DNA of 42,642 nucleotides from an uncultured Vampirovibrio sp. Lineage in GTDB: Bacteria > Cyanobacteriota > Vampirovibrionia > Gastranaerophilales > Gastranaerophilaceae. This document shows positions 19,721 through 28,559 of this stretch, piece by piece. The DNA lies in the NCBI GenBank assembly GCA_964643455.1, contig CAZXQM010000001.1:1-42642 (forward strand), given 5' to 3'. The first letter of the stretch is position 1; every line of letters begins with the position of its first letter. A program made the position numbers and the translations under genes. The notes beneath the pieces were generated by a model. It searched no databases and was not told the origin of the DNA. It was given only the letters and a program-made list of their open reading frames with translations.

Positions 19721-20525
19721 ATATACCCCGTTTTTCGAACAGGATAAATTCCGGAAATTTCGGTGGTGTATTGGGTGTTCCGACTAAATTTGACGGGTAA
19801 TTTGTTTCTCCCTGTGCAAAAACCTCTGATTTGATTCCCTTAAACCCGTTTCTTTGTAATGCATCGGAAGCATCGCTTTTAAATAAGTCAGATTGTCCGA
19901 TAATAACTAAAGTCTTATTATTGCTGTTTTGATATAAATTTTTAGCAATCTCATCCTGAACTTCAAGCGAATTAAATGCCCAGCCGTTTCTAAAACTTAC
20001 AACTTGATTTGAAAAATCCCGAATTTTCGATATCTGTTTTAAGTCAGCAGCAGAAAACTCAACAAGCTTTCTGAGTTCAGCTTTTACCCTGTAGGGATAA
20101 AATTCTATTCCCTGCATTATTTGATCAGGTTTAGTCAAGTCTCTTTCATAAAATCCACTCATTCCAAGCTTGTTAATATATTCTAAATCTCTTGAGTGAA
20201 GTAAAATATTACCGTTTTTATTTTCCCTGATTATATTTTCCGATAAATCCGAAGCTTCAATCGGGAAGAATTTTTTTGCTCCGTCTCCTAAGACCTTAAT
20301 CAAATTCATTACAAGCGTATAGCCGTCAGAGTTGTCTGAGCAGCCAAACAAATTTATTTTAACTTTTCGCTCTTCTTTATATCTATTGTCTAAAAATTTT
20401 GCAAGCTTGCTCCAGTTAGTATCCGCACGATTAAAATTTGTATAGTGGCAATTTATTACTCTTCCTGCTTTATCAAATTCTTTTATTCTTGTCGATTGGT
20501 AACTCGGGGTATGATAGTTATTCAT
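19713..20525 (-). CDS. Divergent CheR-like SAM-dependent methyltransferase
   Basis: TNFNR, GCSDNSDGYTL, ASDLS, VEF..ADL, FRN correspond to CheR motifs TxFFR, GCSTGEExYS, ATDIS, VxF..NL, CRN; likely ATG 20525 overlapping the tatC 3' end. Confidence 0.6.
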   Translation of the reverse strand: MNNYHTPSYQSTRIKEFDKAGRVINCHYTNFNRADTNWSKLAKFLDNRYKEERKVKINLFGCSDNSDGYTLVMNLIKVLGDGAKKFFPIEASDLSENIIRENKNGNILLHSRDLEYINKLGMSGFYERDLTKPDQIMQGIEFYPYRVKAELRKLVEFSAADLKQISKIRDFSNQVVSFRNGWAFNSLEVQDEIAKNLYQNSNNKTLVIIGQSDLFKSDASDALQRNGFKGIKSEVFAQGETNYPSNLVGTPNTPPKFPEFILFEKRGIYV

Positions 20526-21255
20526 TATCTTCATCCGGCTTATCCTTTCTGAATTTAGAACACAACAAACCGAGTTCAAACAGTAAATATGTAGGAGTAA
20601 ACAACAATACCTGACTTAATACATCCGGCGGGGTCAGAATACCTGCAATAATTAAAATTACTACAATTACATAAGGTCGAATATTTACAAAAGTATCATA
20701 TTCAACAAATCCGGATTTTATAAGAGAATAAGTTATCAGCGGCAGTTGGAACATTATACCGAAGGCGAGAATCATCCAGAGTGAAAGGTTTATAATATTT
20801 GATACACCCAAAACAGCTTTTATATTAGATGTAGAGAAGCTCATACCAAAATTTATGATAAGCGGCAGAATGACAAACAAGCAAAATACTGCTCCTAATA
20901 TAAAAAGTGCGGATGAAGTAAATACTATTGATTTAATAAATTTTCTCTCATGTTCATACAAAGCCGGTGCACAGAACTCCCATAATTGCTTTGCTATATA
21001 CGGAAAACAAAGAATTAAATCCAACACCATAGCAAGTTTTATCTGAATAATAAAAACTTCCGCAGGTGAAAAATAATTAAGAGATATTTCATGACCTCTA
21101 ATAAGAAGCTTAATCAATAAATCTAAACACTTAGGAGCGGCAAAAAGTGCCGGAAATAAAACTATTGCATAGCATCCCAGACACTTAATCAGCATTTTTC
21201 TAAAAGCTTCTATGTGAGAAATTAAACTTTCGTCTTTATCTTCTGGATTATTCAT
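20518..21255 (-). CDS. tatC: Twin-arginine translocase TatC
   Basis: SLISHIEAFR, FSPAEVF, QLWEFCAPALYEHE, FGIMFQLP, ILTPPDVLSQ, LFE. Confidence 0.96.
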   Translation of the reverse strand: MNNPEDKDESLISHIEAFRKMLIKCLGCYAIVLFPALFAAPKCLDLLIKLLIRGHEISLNYFSPAEVFIIQIKLAMVLDLILCFPYIAKQLWEFCAPALYEHERKFIKSIVFTSSALFILGAVFCLFVILPLIINFGMSFSTSNIKAVLGVSNIINLSLWMILAFGIMFQLPLITYSLIKSGFVEYDTFVNIRPYVIVVILIIAGILTPPDVLSQVLLFTPTYLLFELGLLCSKFRKDKPDEDNE

Positions 21256-21258
21256 AAA

Positions 21259-21474
21259 TTATACATCTTGAGGCTTATACTCTTCCGGCTTTTCCTGTGT
21301 TTCTTCGATAGCATTTTTTAACTCTTCTGCTTCTTTTTGAATCACATTTTTAGCTTTTTTATACTCGTAAGAAGCACGTCCTAAAGCTCTTGCAATTTCA
21401 GGAATTCTCTTTCCCCCGAATAGCAGGATTACAACAACAAGTATAAGTAATATTTCTGTTATTCCTAATGACAT
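21259..21474 (-). CDS. tatA: Twin-arginine translocase TatA/E
   Basis: [30 protein letters not shown]. Confidence 0.95.
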   Translation of the reverse strand: MSLGITEILLILVVVILLFGGKRIPEIARALGRASYEYKKAKNVIQKEAEELKNAIEETQEKPEEYKPQDV

Positions 21475-21496
21475 CTTTAAGTTCTCCTTTCAATAA

Positions 21497-22795
21497 TTAA
21501 ATAGAATTTTGTTTTTTTACTGCAAATACTTCAATAGCATTTGCTTTGCAAACTAATCTGCAAGCACCGCATCCAACACATTTAGAAGCATTTATAGTAA
21601 TTATATCACTAACTCTGTGAATAGCTCCGTAAGGACAAGCATCAATACAGAGTCCGCATTTTACGCAATTATCAGTTATCATTGCCATACCGATTCTGGT
21701 TTTTTGTTTTTCTTCCAATGTAAGACGTTTTATTGCGCCGGTAGGACAAACCTGTCCGCACTTATTGCAGTTCTTATCACAGCAGCCTTTGGTATAATCA
21801 AGATGCACGACCGGAAACTCATCATCAGCTTTAACTATGATTTTACTAGGACAATTTGCTACACAAAGATTACAATTATAGCACTTATTAGCTAATCTTT
21901 CTTCACTTTCGGCTCCCGGAGGTAAGATTACATCCTTAAATTTCTCTACAATTTTATCTTTTATAACCAAACCCGCTTTAATCATAGCACCGAATACAGC
22001 AGCCGCTGCAACTCCTGTTATTAGTTCACGTCTTTTGATACTGAACTTTGTTTCTTCTTTGGGTTTAATCCCGAATTTCATTCCGCTTTTAGGACAAACT
22101 TCAAGGCATTTTAAGCATTTTACACAGGTTACGTTATCAACTATTTTTTCTTTGGAATTTATGCATCCTGACGGGCAATTTCTTTCACACATTCCGCAGG
22201 AGATGCAGGAATCTTTTTGTATATATATTTTGTTTAAAGAAATTTTAGAAATTAAGCCGAGTACAGCACCTGCAGGACAAATATTTGTACAAAAGAATCT
22301 GTTTTTAAAAAAGGTTAAAATAAGTATAATTGTGATTCCGACAAGTCCGACAGCAGAAAAAGTAAATGCTGAGCCAAAGTATGTATAAGGTTCGATGTAT
22401 CTGAGTACAATTGCATTTCCGCCTATAAGCACACCTAGAGTAATTGCAGCTATAAAGTATTTTACAGGATAATTCGGTATAAATTTTGGTGTCAATATTG
22501 AGTTACGCTTGTTTTTTCTTTTTTTGTTGAAGAAAAATAATGCTGCAATTTCCTGAATTATGCCAAAAGGGCAGAGTGTTGAACAGTAAAACCTTCCAAA
22601 GAGCAGCGTTAAGAGAATGACTGTTCCGAGTAATATTAATGCTGCAATTGAAAAGTCTGTAAAAACTCTCTGTAACACAGGTAAAAATTGAATATCAAAG
22701 AGTTTTACCCGATAGAATACTCCGCAAATACCGGCAATTGCAACGGCAAGAACCAGAATTGCCAGTAGCAATCTTATTTTGTAGGCATGTTTCAT
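21497..22795 (-). CDS. Membrane polyferredoxin (NapH/NosR-like N-terminus + NapF/MauM-like C-terminus)
   Basis: TM segments with two CxxxCP motifs, six ferredoxin-type Cys clusters, internal KRRELITG before the last hydrophobic segment. Confidence 0.9.
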   Translation of the reverse strand: MKHAYKIRLLLAILVLAVAIAGICGVFYRVKLFDIQFLPVLQRVFTDFSIAALILLGTVILLTLLFGRFYCSTLCPFGIIQEIAALFFFNKKRKNKRNSILTPKFIPNYPVKYFIAAITLGVLIGGNAIVLRYIEPYTYFGSAFTFSAVGLVGITIILILTFFKNRFFCTNICPAGAVLGLISKISLNKIYIQKDSCISCGMCERNCPSGCINSKEKIVDNVTCVKCLKCLEVCPKSGMKFGIKPKEETKFSIKRRELITGVAAAAVFGAMIKAGLVIKDKIVEKFKDVILPPGAESEERLANKCYNCNLCVANCPSKIIVKADDEFPVVHLDYTKGCCDKNCNKCGQVCPTGAIKRLTLEEKQKTRIGMAMITDNCVKCGLCIDACPYGAIHRVSDIITINASKCVGCGACRLVCKANAIEVFAVKKQNSI

Positions 22796-24039
22796 TTTGA
22801 CATACCCTTTTCAACTTCTTCTACTTTCGCTTCAACTTCTGCAAGAAGCGTAGGTATATCAAGTGATTGCGGGCAGTTTTTGTTGCATAATCCGCATTTT
22901 ATACATTTATCAGCTCTTGTTGATTCATTTAATGCGTTATAATTATATACAAACATAAATCCTGCATTTGGAGCGCTGCTGCCCTTGTACATATTGTAAA
23001 GCCCGAATATTGCAGGAATATTTATCCCTCTCGGGCAGACTTCCAGGCAATATTTGCAGGCTGTGCAGTTTATTGCTCCGCCTGATTGGATAATTTGTGC
23101 GATTTCAAGAGCAACTCTTTCTTCTTGTTCCGAAAAAGGCTTGTAGTTAACAAATGTATCAACGTTTTCTTTCATTTGCTGAAAGTTACTCATTCCGCTA
23201 AGAATTGTAAATACTCTCGGTTTTCCGGCTACCCATCTTAAGCCGAATGAGGCTTGAGTTTGATCCGGACATTCCTGTTTAAGTTTGTCAACGGCTTTTT
23301 GCGGAAGATTACATAATACACCGCCTCTCAAAGGTTCCATAACAATTACAGGAACTCCGGCTTCATCAGCAATTTCATATAGTTCATCTGCGTTTACGAC
23401 TTCCCAGTCAAGATAGTTTAATTGTAACTGGCAGAAATCCCATTTATGTTCATTTATAACTTCTCTTAACATTTGAGGATCACCATGGAAAGAGAAGCCA
23501 ATATACTTAACTATGCCTTCTTTTTTTAGCTTTACTAGCTCATCATACATGTTGTTGTCACGGTAATTGCTAAAAGTATTTTTATTAATATTATGAACCA
23601 TATAGTTATCAAAATATTCAACCTGACATTTTTTTAACTGTTCTTCGCATAGTTTTCTAACGTCTGACGGTGATTTTACAAGGTAAGCAGGACATTTGTC
23701 TGCAAGAATAAAACTTTCTCTAGGATACTTTTTAAGGATTTCACCGATAGCAATTTCTGATTTACCATCTACATACATATAAGCAGTGTCAAAATAGTTT
23801 GCGCCATGTGCAAAAGCGTATTCAACCATTTTATCAAGCTCTACCATGTCGATTTTACCGTTATGCATTGGAAGCCGCATACAACCGAATGCAATAAGCG
23901 GTGTATCTATATCCATAAATTTTCTTCTTACAACCTGACCTTCTGCTTTCTTAACTTCTTTTTTATTGTTACATCCGGACAAAAGTGCCACACCGCCCAA
24001 TGCCAGTGTAGAATTTATAATAAAATCACGTCTTTTCAT
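22792..24039 (-). CDS. Aldo/keto reductase with C-terminal 2x[4Fe-4S] and Tat-lipoprotein signal
   Basis: MKRRDFI...LLSGC lipobox; FGCMRLP, FDTAYMY, ADK, MVH; CTACKYCLEVCP and CIKCGLCNKNCP. Confidence 0.92.
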   Translation of the reverse strand: MKRRDFIINSTLALGGVALLSGCNNKKEVKKAEGQVVRRKFMDIDTPLIAFGCMRLPMHNGKIDMVELDKMVEYAFAHGANYFDTAYMYVDGKSEIAIGEILKKYPRESFILADKCPAYLVKSPSDVRKLCEEQLKKCQVEYFDNYMVHNINKNTFSNYRDNNMYDELVKLKKEGIVKYIGFSFHGDPQMLREVINEHKWDFCQLQLNYLDWEVVNADELYEIADEAGVPVIVMEPLRGGVLCNLPQKAVDKLKQECPDQTQASFGLRWVAGKPRVFTILSGMSNFQQMKENVDTFVNYKPFSEQEERVALEIAQIIQSGGAINCTACKYCLEVCPRGINIPAIFGLYNMYKGSSAPNAGFMFVYNYNALNESTRADKCIKCGLCNKNCPQSLDIPTLLAEVEAKVEEVEKGMSK

Positions 24040-24054
24040 ATATTAATCCTCTCT

Positions 24055-24528
24055 TTACGCACCTAAATCTTCAATCCAAGTCTTTATATCATTAATTTTA
24101 GCAGAATTTTCGTATGAGGTATAACCTTCTTTTACTTTAGCATCCGGTGCAAGTTTTTGCATATCTGTATAAGTTGCAGAAGCTCCGCCTCCTCCGTGGG
24201 TACAGAATGGAGCAATAGTTTTTCCTGCAAAGTTATGGGTTGTTAAATACGTTTTAACCGGAGATGCCATAGTATACCACCAGACAGGTGTTCCTAAAAA
24301 TATTATATCATAGTCTTCAATATTTCCGTTATCAACAAGAGCAGGTCTTATATCATTTTGTTTTTCTACTTTAGCCTGATTAACAACGGCATTATAATCA
24401 TTTGGATAATCCTCAACAGGTTTTATTTCAAAAATATCTCCGTTTGTAATTTCTTTGATTTTTTCTGCTACAGCCTTTGTATTACCTGAATGTGAATAAT
24501 ATGCGACCAATACTTTTTTATCTGACAT
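24055..24528 (-). CDS. Flavodoxin
   Basis: YYSHSGNTKAVA, GTPVWW, PFCTHGGGG; SD AAGGAGG. Confidence 0.95.
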   Translation of the reverse strand: MSDKKVLVAYYSHSGNTKAVAEKIKEITNGDIFEIKPVEDYPNDYNAVVNQAKVEKQNDIRPALVDNGNIEDYDIIFLGTPVWWYTMASPVKTYLTTHNFAGKTIAPFCTHGGGGASATYTDMQKLAPDAKVKEGYTSYENSAKINDIKTWIEDLGA

Positions 24529-24577
24529 AACACCCTCCTTACGCTATTATATATGATATTGTATTAATGACATTAAT

Positions 24578-24608
24578 ATAATACAACTTGATAGCTGCTC
24601 TAAGTCAA
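24578..24608 (-). promoter_or_regulatory. MerR-type promoter (19-bp spacer, imperfect dyad)
   Basis: Minus strand TTGACT-tagagcagctatcaagttg-TATTAT; dyad ACTTAGAGC/GCTATCAAGT overlapping the -35. Confidence 0.6.
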
Positions 24609-24678
24609 GCAGATTAAATGTTGCAGTAATTGATTCTAAATGATAGAATACAGTATTATTTTGTAAAGGAAACATTGC

Positions 24679-25176
24679 ATGAAAAAGTCTTATATAATGT
24701 GCTTAATAATAACCTTAAGTATAAATATACTAGTATATGCAGAGGAATTTATGTCAGAAGCTATGGACTCTTGGGTTGGGTATTCTATCGATGATGTTAT
24801 CAGAAGTTTAGGGTATCCTGATGATGAGAAAAATATTGCTAATAAACACCTGTACTACTGGTATAATTCTTCATCAACTTATGTCCCTCCAAATACAACA
24901 AGTATAGTTACTCCAAGTTTATATACTACTAGAGTGTCTAGCGTTACTTCTGGTGGATATACTGTAAATAAATATTGCAATAAAATTTTTGAGGTAGATA
25001 AAGATAATAGGGTAGTATCTTGGCAGTATAAAGGAAACTCTTGTCCCAATTTTTACTTTACAGGTAAATCCCTTGTTAATCCTAACAATGATAAATGGGA
25101 AAAAATTAAACAAAGCAAAAAAGATGCTAAGTTGGAACGTAAGAAATTAAAAGAGTTACAAACTGAAAATAGGTAG
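24679..25176 (+). CDS. Hypothetical exported protein
   Basis: Signal peptide; MDSWVG..DDVIRSLGYP motif of small envelope proteins; Cys pair. Confidence 0.75.
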   Translation: MKKSYIMCLIITLSINILVYAEEFMSEAMDSWVGYSIDDVIRSLGYPDDEKNIANKHLYYWYNSSSTYVPPNTTSIVTPSLYTTRVSSVTSGGYTVNKYCNKIFEVDKDNRVVSWQYKGNSCPNFYFTGKSLVNPNNDKWEKIKQSKKDAKLERKKLKELQTENR

Positions 25177-25187
25177 CTTAAGTATGG

Positions 25188-25240
25188 AATTACAAGAAAA
25201 ATAATCCGCTTTATGTAAAGAGATTATTTTTCTTGTAATT
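25188..25240. terminator. Long inverted repeat, bidirectional terminator
   Basis: AATTACAAGAAAAATAATC(25188-206)/GATTATTTTTCTTGTAATT(25222-240) plus inner CTTTA/TAAAG. Confidence 0.8.
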
Positions 25241-25557
25241 TATAAATGTTTCTCAATATTAGTTATAATAGAACTTTTTGGCATAAGTCCTACCATTCTT
25301 TCAACAACTTCACCGTCTTTGAATACTAAAAGAGTCGGCAATCCGCTTACCTGATATTTTTTTGCGGCATCTATGTTATCATCTGTATCAATTTTAGCAA
25401 AATTAACCCTGTCTCCGATTTCATTTTCCACTTCTTCTAAAATAGGGCTTAATTTTCTGCAAGGACCGCACCAGGTTGCATAAAAATCAACAACGGTAAG
25501 TTTTTCCGCATTCACTATATCTTCATCAAAGCTCGTAGAACTAATTTCCTTTACCAT
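25240..25557 (-). CDS. trxA: Thioredoxin
   Basis: WCGPC; 105 aa. Confidence 0.97.
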   Translation of the reverse strand: MVKEISSTSFDEDIVNAEKLTVVDFYATWCGPCRKLSPILEEVENEIGDRVNFAKIDTDDNIDAAKKYQVSGLPTLLVFKDGEVVERMVGLMPKSSIITNIEKHL

Positions 25558-25682
25558 ATTAAAACTCCTTATTATTTATGTAAATAATATTACCATATAT
25601 AAAATATTTATGCTATTATTCTGTTAGGGATATATTTATTAATTACGACCTTATTTAATTATCAGGTAATCAGGAGTAAGGG

Positions 25683-26600
25683 ATGCCAAGAAAAAAAGAG
25701 ATTGAAATTGTATTAGATACTGAAACAACGGGCTTGGATTATACAAGAGAAAGAATGATAGAGTTTGCGGGTGTGCGTTTGGAGAACGGAAAAATAAAAG
25801 ATGAATTTCAGACTCTTATTAATCCAAAACAACATATAAGAAAATCCAGCATGGCTATCCACGGAATTACCCAGGAAATGGTTGAAGATGCTCCGACAGA
25901 AGAAGAAGTTCTACCGAAAATACTTGAATTCATTGGAGACTATCCCATTGTAGCTCATAATGTTATATTTGATTATTCTTTTTTGAATGAGGCAAAATTA
26001 AGAGTTTTCGGAGAAAAGCTTGAAAATCCGAGAATTGATACTCAAACTATGTTCAAAGAAATTGCGCCGGAGTTAGAATCACACGGCTTGGAAGCATTAA
26101 CAAACAGGTTTAATGTAGAGTTGAACAATCACCACAGAGCAATGGCGGATGCTAAGGGATTGGCTCTTGCTTATCCGAAACTTAAAAAACTTTATCTCCA
26201 GCGATTGGATTGGCAGAGAAAGCAATTAGCAAATATCGATTACCTGTTTGACAGATATTTGAGAATCCAGCAGAGTATTGCTACAATGCAGGCTGAATTG
26301 CAGGATTTAAAATCTATTTTTAAACTTCACTTTGAACTGGGCGGTGAACCGCTTGTCGCTGAGACGGGTGAGGTTATGGTATATCAGTCAAAGCAGTCTT
26401 TCGGTTATGATTTTGCAAATATTAAAGATGTTCTGGAAGATGTCGGAGCTTTGGAAAAAGCTGTTAAGGTAAATAACGGTTTTATTGATAGGTTATGTAA
26501 CGGTTTGAGTCTGTCTGAAGAGTATAAAGAAATTATTCGTGATGCGCGTCAGGAAATTTCTGAGACAAGAAATATTCAAGTGATTAAGCCATGCAAATAG
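25683..26600 (+). CDS. DEDDh 3'-5' exonuclease (DnaQ-like) with C-terminal extension
   Basis: LDTETTG, VAHNVIFD, HRAMAD. Confidence 0.9.
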   Translation: MPRKKEIEIVLDTETTGLDYTRERMIEFAGVRLENGKIKDEFQTLINPKQHIRKSSMAIHGITQEMVEDAPTEEEVLPKILEFIGDYPIVAHNVIFDYSFLNEAKLRVFGEKLENPRIDTQTMFKEIAPELESHGLEALTNRFNVELNNHHRAMADAKGLALAYPKLKKLYLQRLDWQRKQLANIDYLFDRYLRIQQSIATMQAELQDLKSIFKLHFELGGEPLVAETGEVMVYQSKQSFGYDFANIKDVLEDVGALEKAVKVNNGFIDRLCNGLSLSEEYKEIIRDARQEISETRNIQVIKPCK

Positions 26601-27958
26601 TAATTCCGGATGAATTAGAGGTTAAAATTGAAAAACTTTCCGGAACGGGCTCTGGAATTGCTAAAGTTGACGGTTTTGTGATTTTTGTTGAGAATGCTTG
26701 TCCGGGTGACTTTGTAAAGATTAAAATATATAAAAAGAATAAGAATTTTGCATTTGCTAAGATAGTAAAATTTATAACATCATCCCCGCACAGAATTTCT
26801 CCTTTCTGTCCCATGCAAAATGTCTGCGGTTCATGTCAGATTCAATTTATTGATTATGATTACCAGCTTGTTTTGAAAAGGGAGATCGTAAAGGATTCAA
26901 TGTGTTCAATCGCTGGTGAGGAATTTGAGGTAAGAGACGTTATTCCAAGTCCTCAAATTAAAAATTACAGGCACAAAATACAATATCCTATATCGCAGAC
27001 AAAAAACTCAAAACGTATTCTGGCAGGATATTACAAACAGGGGAGTCATGAAATTTTAAATATAAAATATTGTCCGATTCAGCCTGAAATATGTGACAGA
27101 ATTATAGAATTTATACGAGATGAAGCACAAAAACTCGGTATTTCAGGTTATGATGAAAAATCTCATAGAGGAATTCTCCGGCATGTTGTGATGAGAGTTT
27201 CCGATTATTCCGGCAAAATTCTCGTTGTTTTGGTTGTGAACGACAGTAAAACCGCAGAGAACACTGTGAAACTTGCAAAGTTAATTTTCGTGAATTTTGA
27301 TTCTGTGTCCGGAGTTGCACTGAATTTCAATACTAAGAAAACAAATCTGATTATGGGAGATGAAACCCAAAATATTTGCGGTCTTGATTATATTGAAGAA
27401 AAATTGTGTGATAAAGTTTTCAAGGTAGGGGCAAAGACTTTTTTTCAAGTAAATCCTAAAAGTGCAAATAATATTTTTGCATATGTAAAAAAATATATAG
27501 GGGAAAATTTTGAAGCTCCTGTTATTCTTGATGCTTATGCCGGTATTACTGCTTTTGGGATTGTTTTGTCAGATATTGCAAAACGTGTAGTGAGTGTAGA
27601 AGAGGTAAAAGAATCTGTCGATTTTGCAAGAAAAGTGGCAGAAGAGAATGAAATTGAAAATATTGAAATTCATAATATGGATGCTGCCGAGTTTTTTGAA
27701 CAAACTATAAAAGCTTGCGGTAAATGTTTTGATATAACAATTTTAGACCCGCCAAGAAAAGGGTGCTCGACAGAATCTCTTGATTATGCTCTAAAACTCA
27801 CAAAAGAAAAAATTATCTATGTATCCTGCAATCCTGCAACACTTGCAAGAGACTTGAAGTATCTTAAGGAAAAAGGTGCAAAAGTTGATTTTATACAGCC
27901 GTTTGATATGTTTCCGCATACATATCACATTGAAAATGTTGCTCTAATAAGTTTATAA
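26591..27958 (+). CDS. rlmD: 23S rRNA m5U1939 methyltransferase
   Basis: TRAM domain, C..CGSC..C FeS ligands, FFQVN, LDPPRKG, YVSCNP, DMFPHTYHIE. Confidence 0.93.
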   Translation: MQIVIPDELEVKIEKLSGTGSGIAKVDGFVIFVENACPGDFVKIKIYKKNKNFAFAKIVKFITSSPHRISPFCPMQNVCGSCQIQFIDYDYQLVLKREIVKDSMCSIAGEEFEVRDVIPSPQIKNYRHKIQYPISQTKNSKRILAGYYKQGSHEILNIKYCPIQPEICDRIIEFIRDEAQKLGISGYDEKSHRGILRHVVMRVSDYSGKILVVLVVNDSKTAENTVKLAKLIFVNFDSVSGVALNFNTKKTNLIMGDETQNICGLDYIEEKLCDKVFKVGAKTFFQVNPKSANNIFAYVKKYIGENFEAPVILDAYAGITAFGIVLSDIAKRVVSVEEVKESVDFARKVAEENEIENIEIHNMDAAEFFEQTIKACGKCFDITILDPPRKGCSTESLDYALKLTKEKIIYVSCNPATLARDLKYLKEKGAKVDFIQPFDMFPHTYHIENVALISL

Positions 27959-28559
27959 GTTCAGCTTTTGTCATTTCTGGCATGATTTCTTTAATGCAGG
28001 TAATTCCTTTTACTTCCTCCTGGAAAAGTTTTTCTAAAAGGTCTTTGTCATAATCATATAATATGGAACCGTGTTGGAGTATATACCCATGTTTTCGGCA
28101 CTGAGCAGAGCCTATAAGTTTTTTCCCTTTATAACAAACGTCAGATCCTGTAGATACTAGCATGCAGTAATCAAAATGAGTGGAAATTCTTTTGTTTTCA
28201 CCAAAATTCAAGTCAACGCCCTGCGTTTTAAAGAAATTGATTAAAATACCGGAGATGTATTTGTATGATTCAACGACACTTTCGCCGTTCGGTATAATAT
28301 TGACTGGACTTACGTAACTGTATGTAATTTCATTATCATGAAGAAGTGCTCTTCCGCCTGTTAATCTTCTTACAGAGTCTATTTTACCTGTTAGAAAATT
28401 GTCTTTCTGATTTCTGCCGAGAGAAATACACTTAGGCTTCCAGCCGTAAAGCCTGAAAACAGGTTCATTTGAATTAATTTCGATGGCTTTTTCGAGAATA
28501 TTGCTGTCAATTTGCATATTCTCTTTGCCAGTATGTTCAGAATACCGGATTAATTTCAT
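27891..28559 (-). CDS. Lipoate-protein ligase family (LipM/LplA-like)
   Basis: FRLYGW..ISLGRNQ, RRLTGGRALLH, KKLIGSAQ, LQHGSI. Confidence 0.9.
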   Translation of the reverse strand: MKLIRYSEHTGKENMQIDSNILEKAIEINSNEPVFRLYGWKPKCISLGRNQKDNFLTGKIDSVRRLTGGRALLHDNEITYSYVSPVNIIPNGESVVESYKYISGILINFFKTQGVDLNFGENKRISTHFDYCMLVSTGSDVCYKGKKLIGSAQCRKHGYILQHGSILYDYDKDLLEKLFQEEVKGITCIKEIMPEMTKAELINLLEQHFQCDMYAETYQTAV

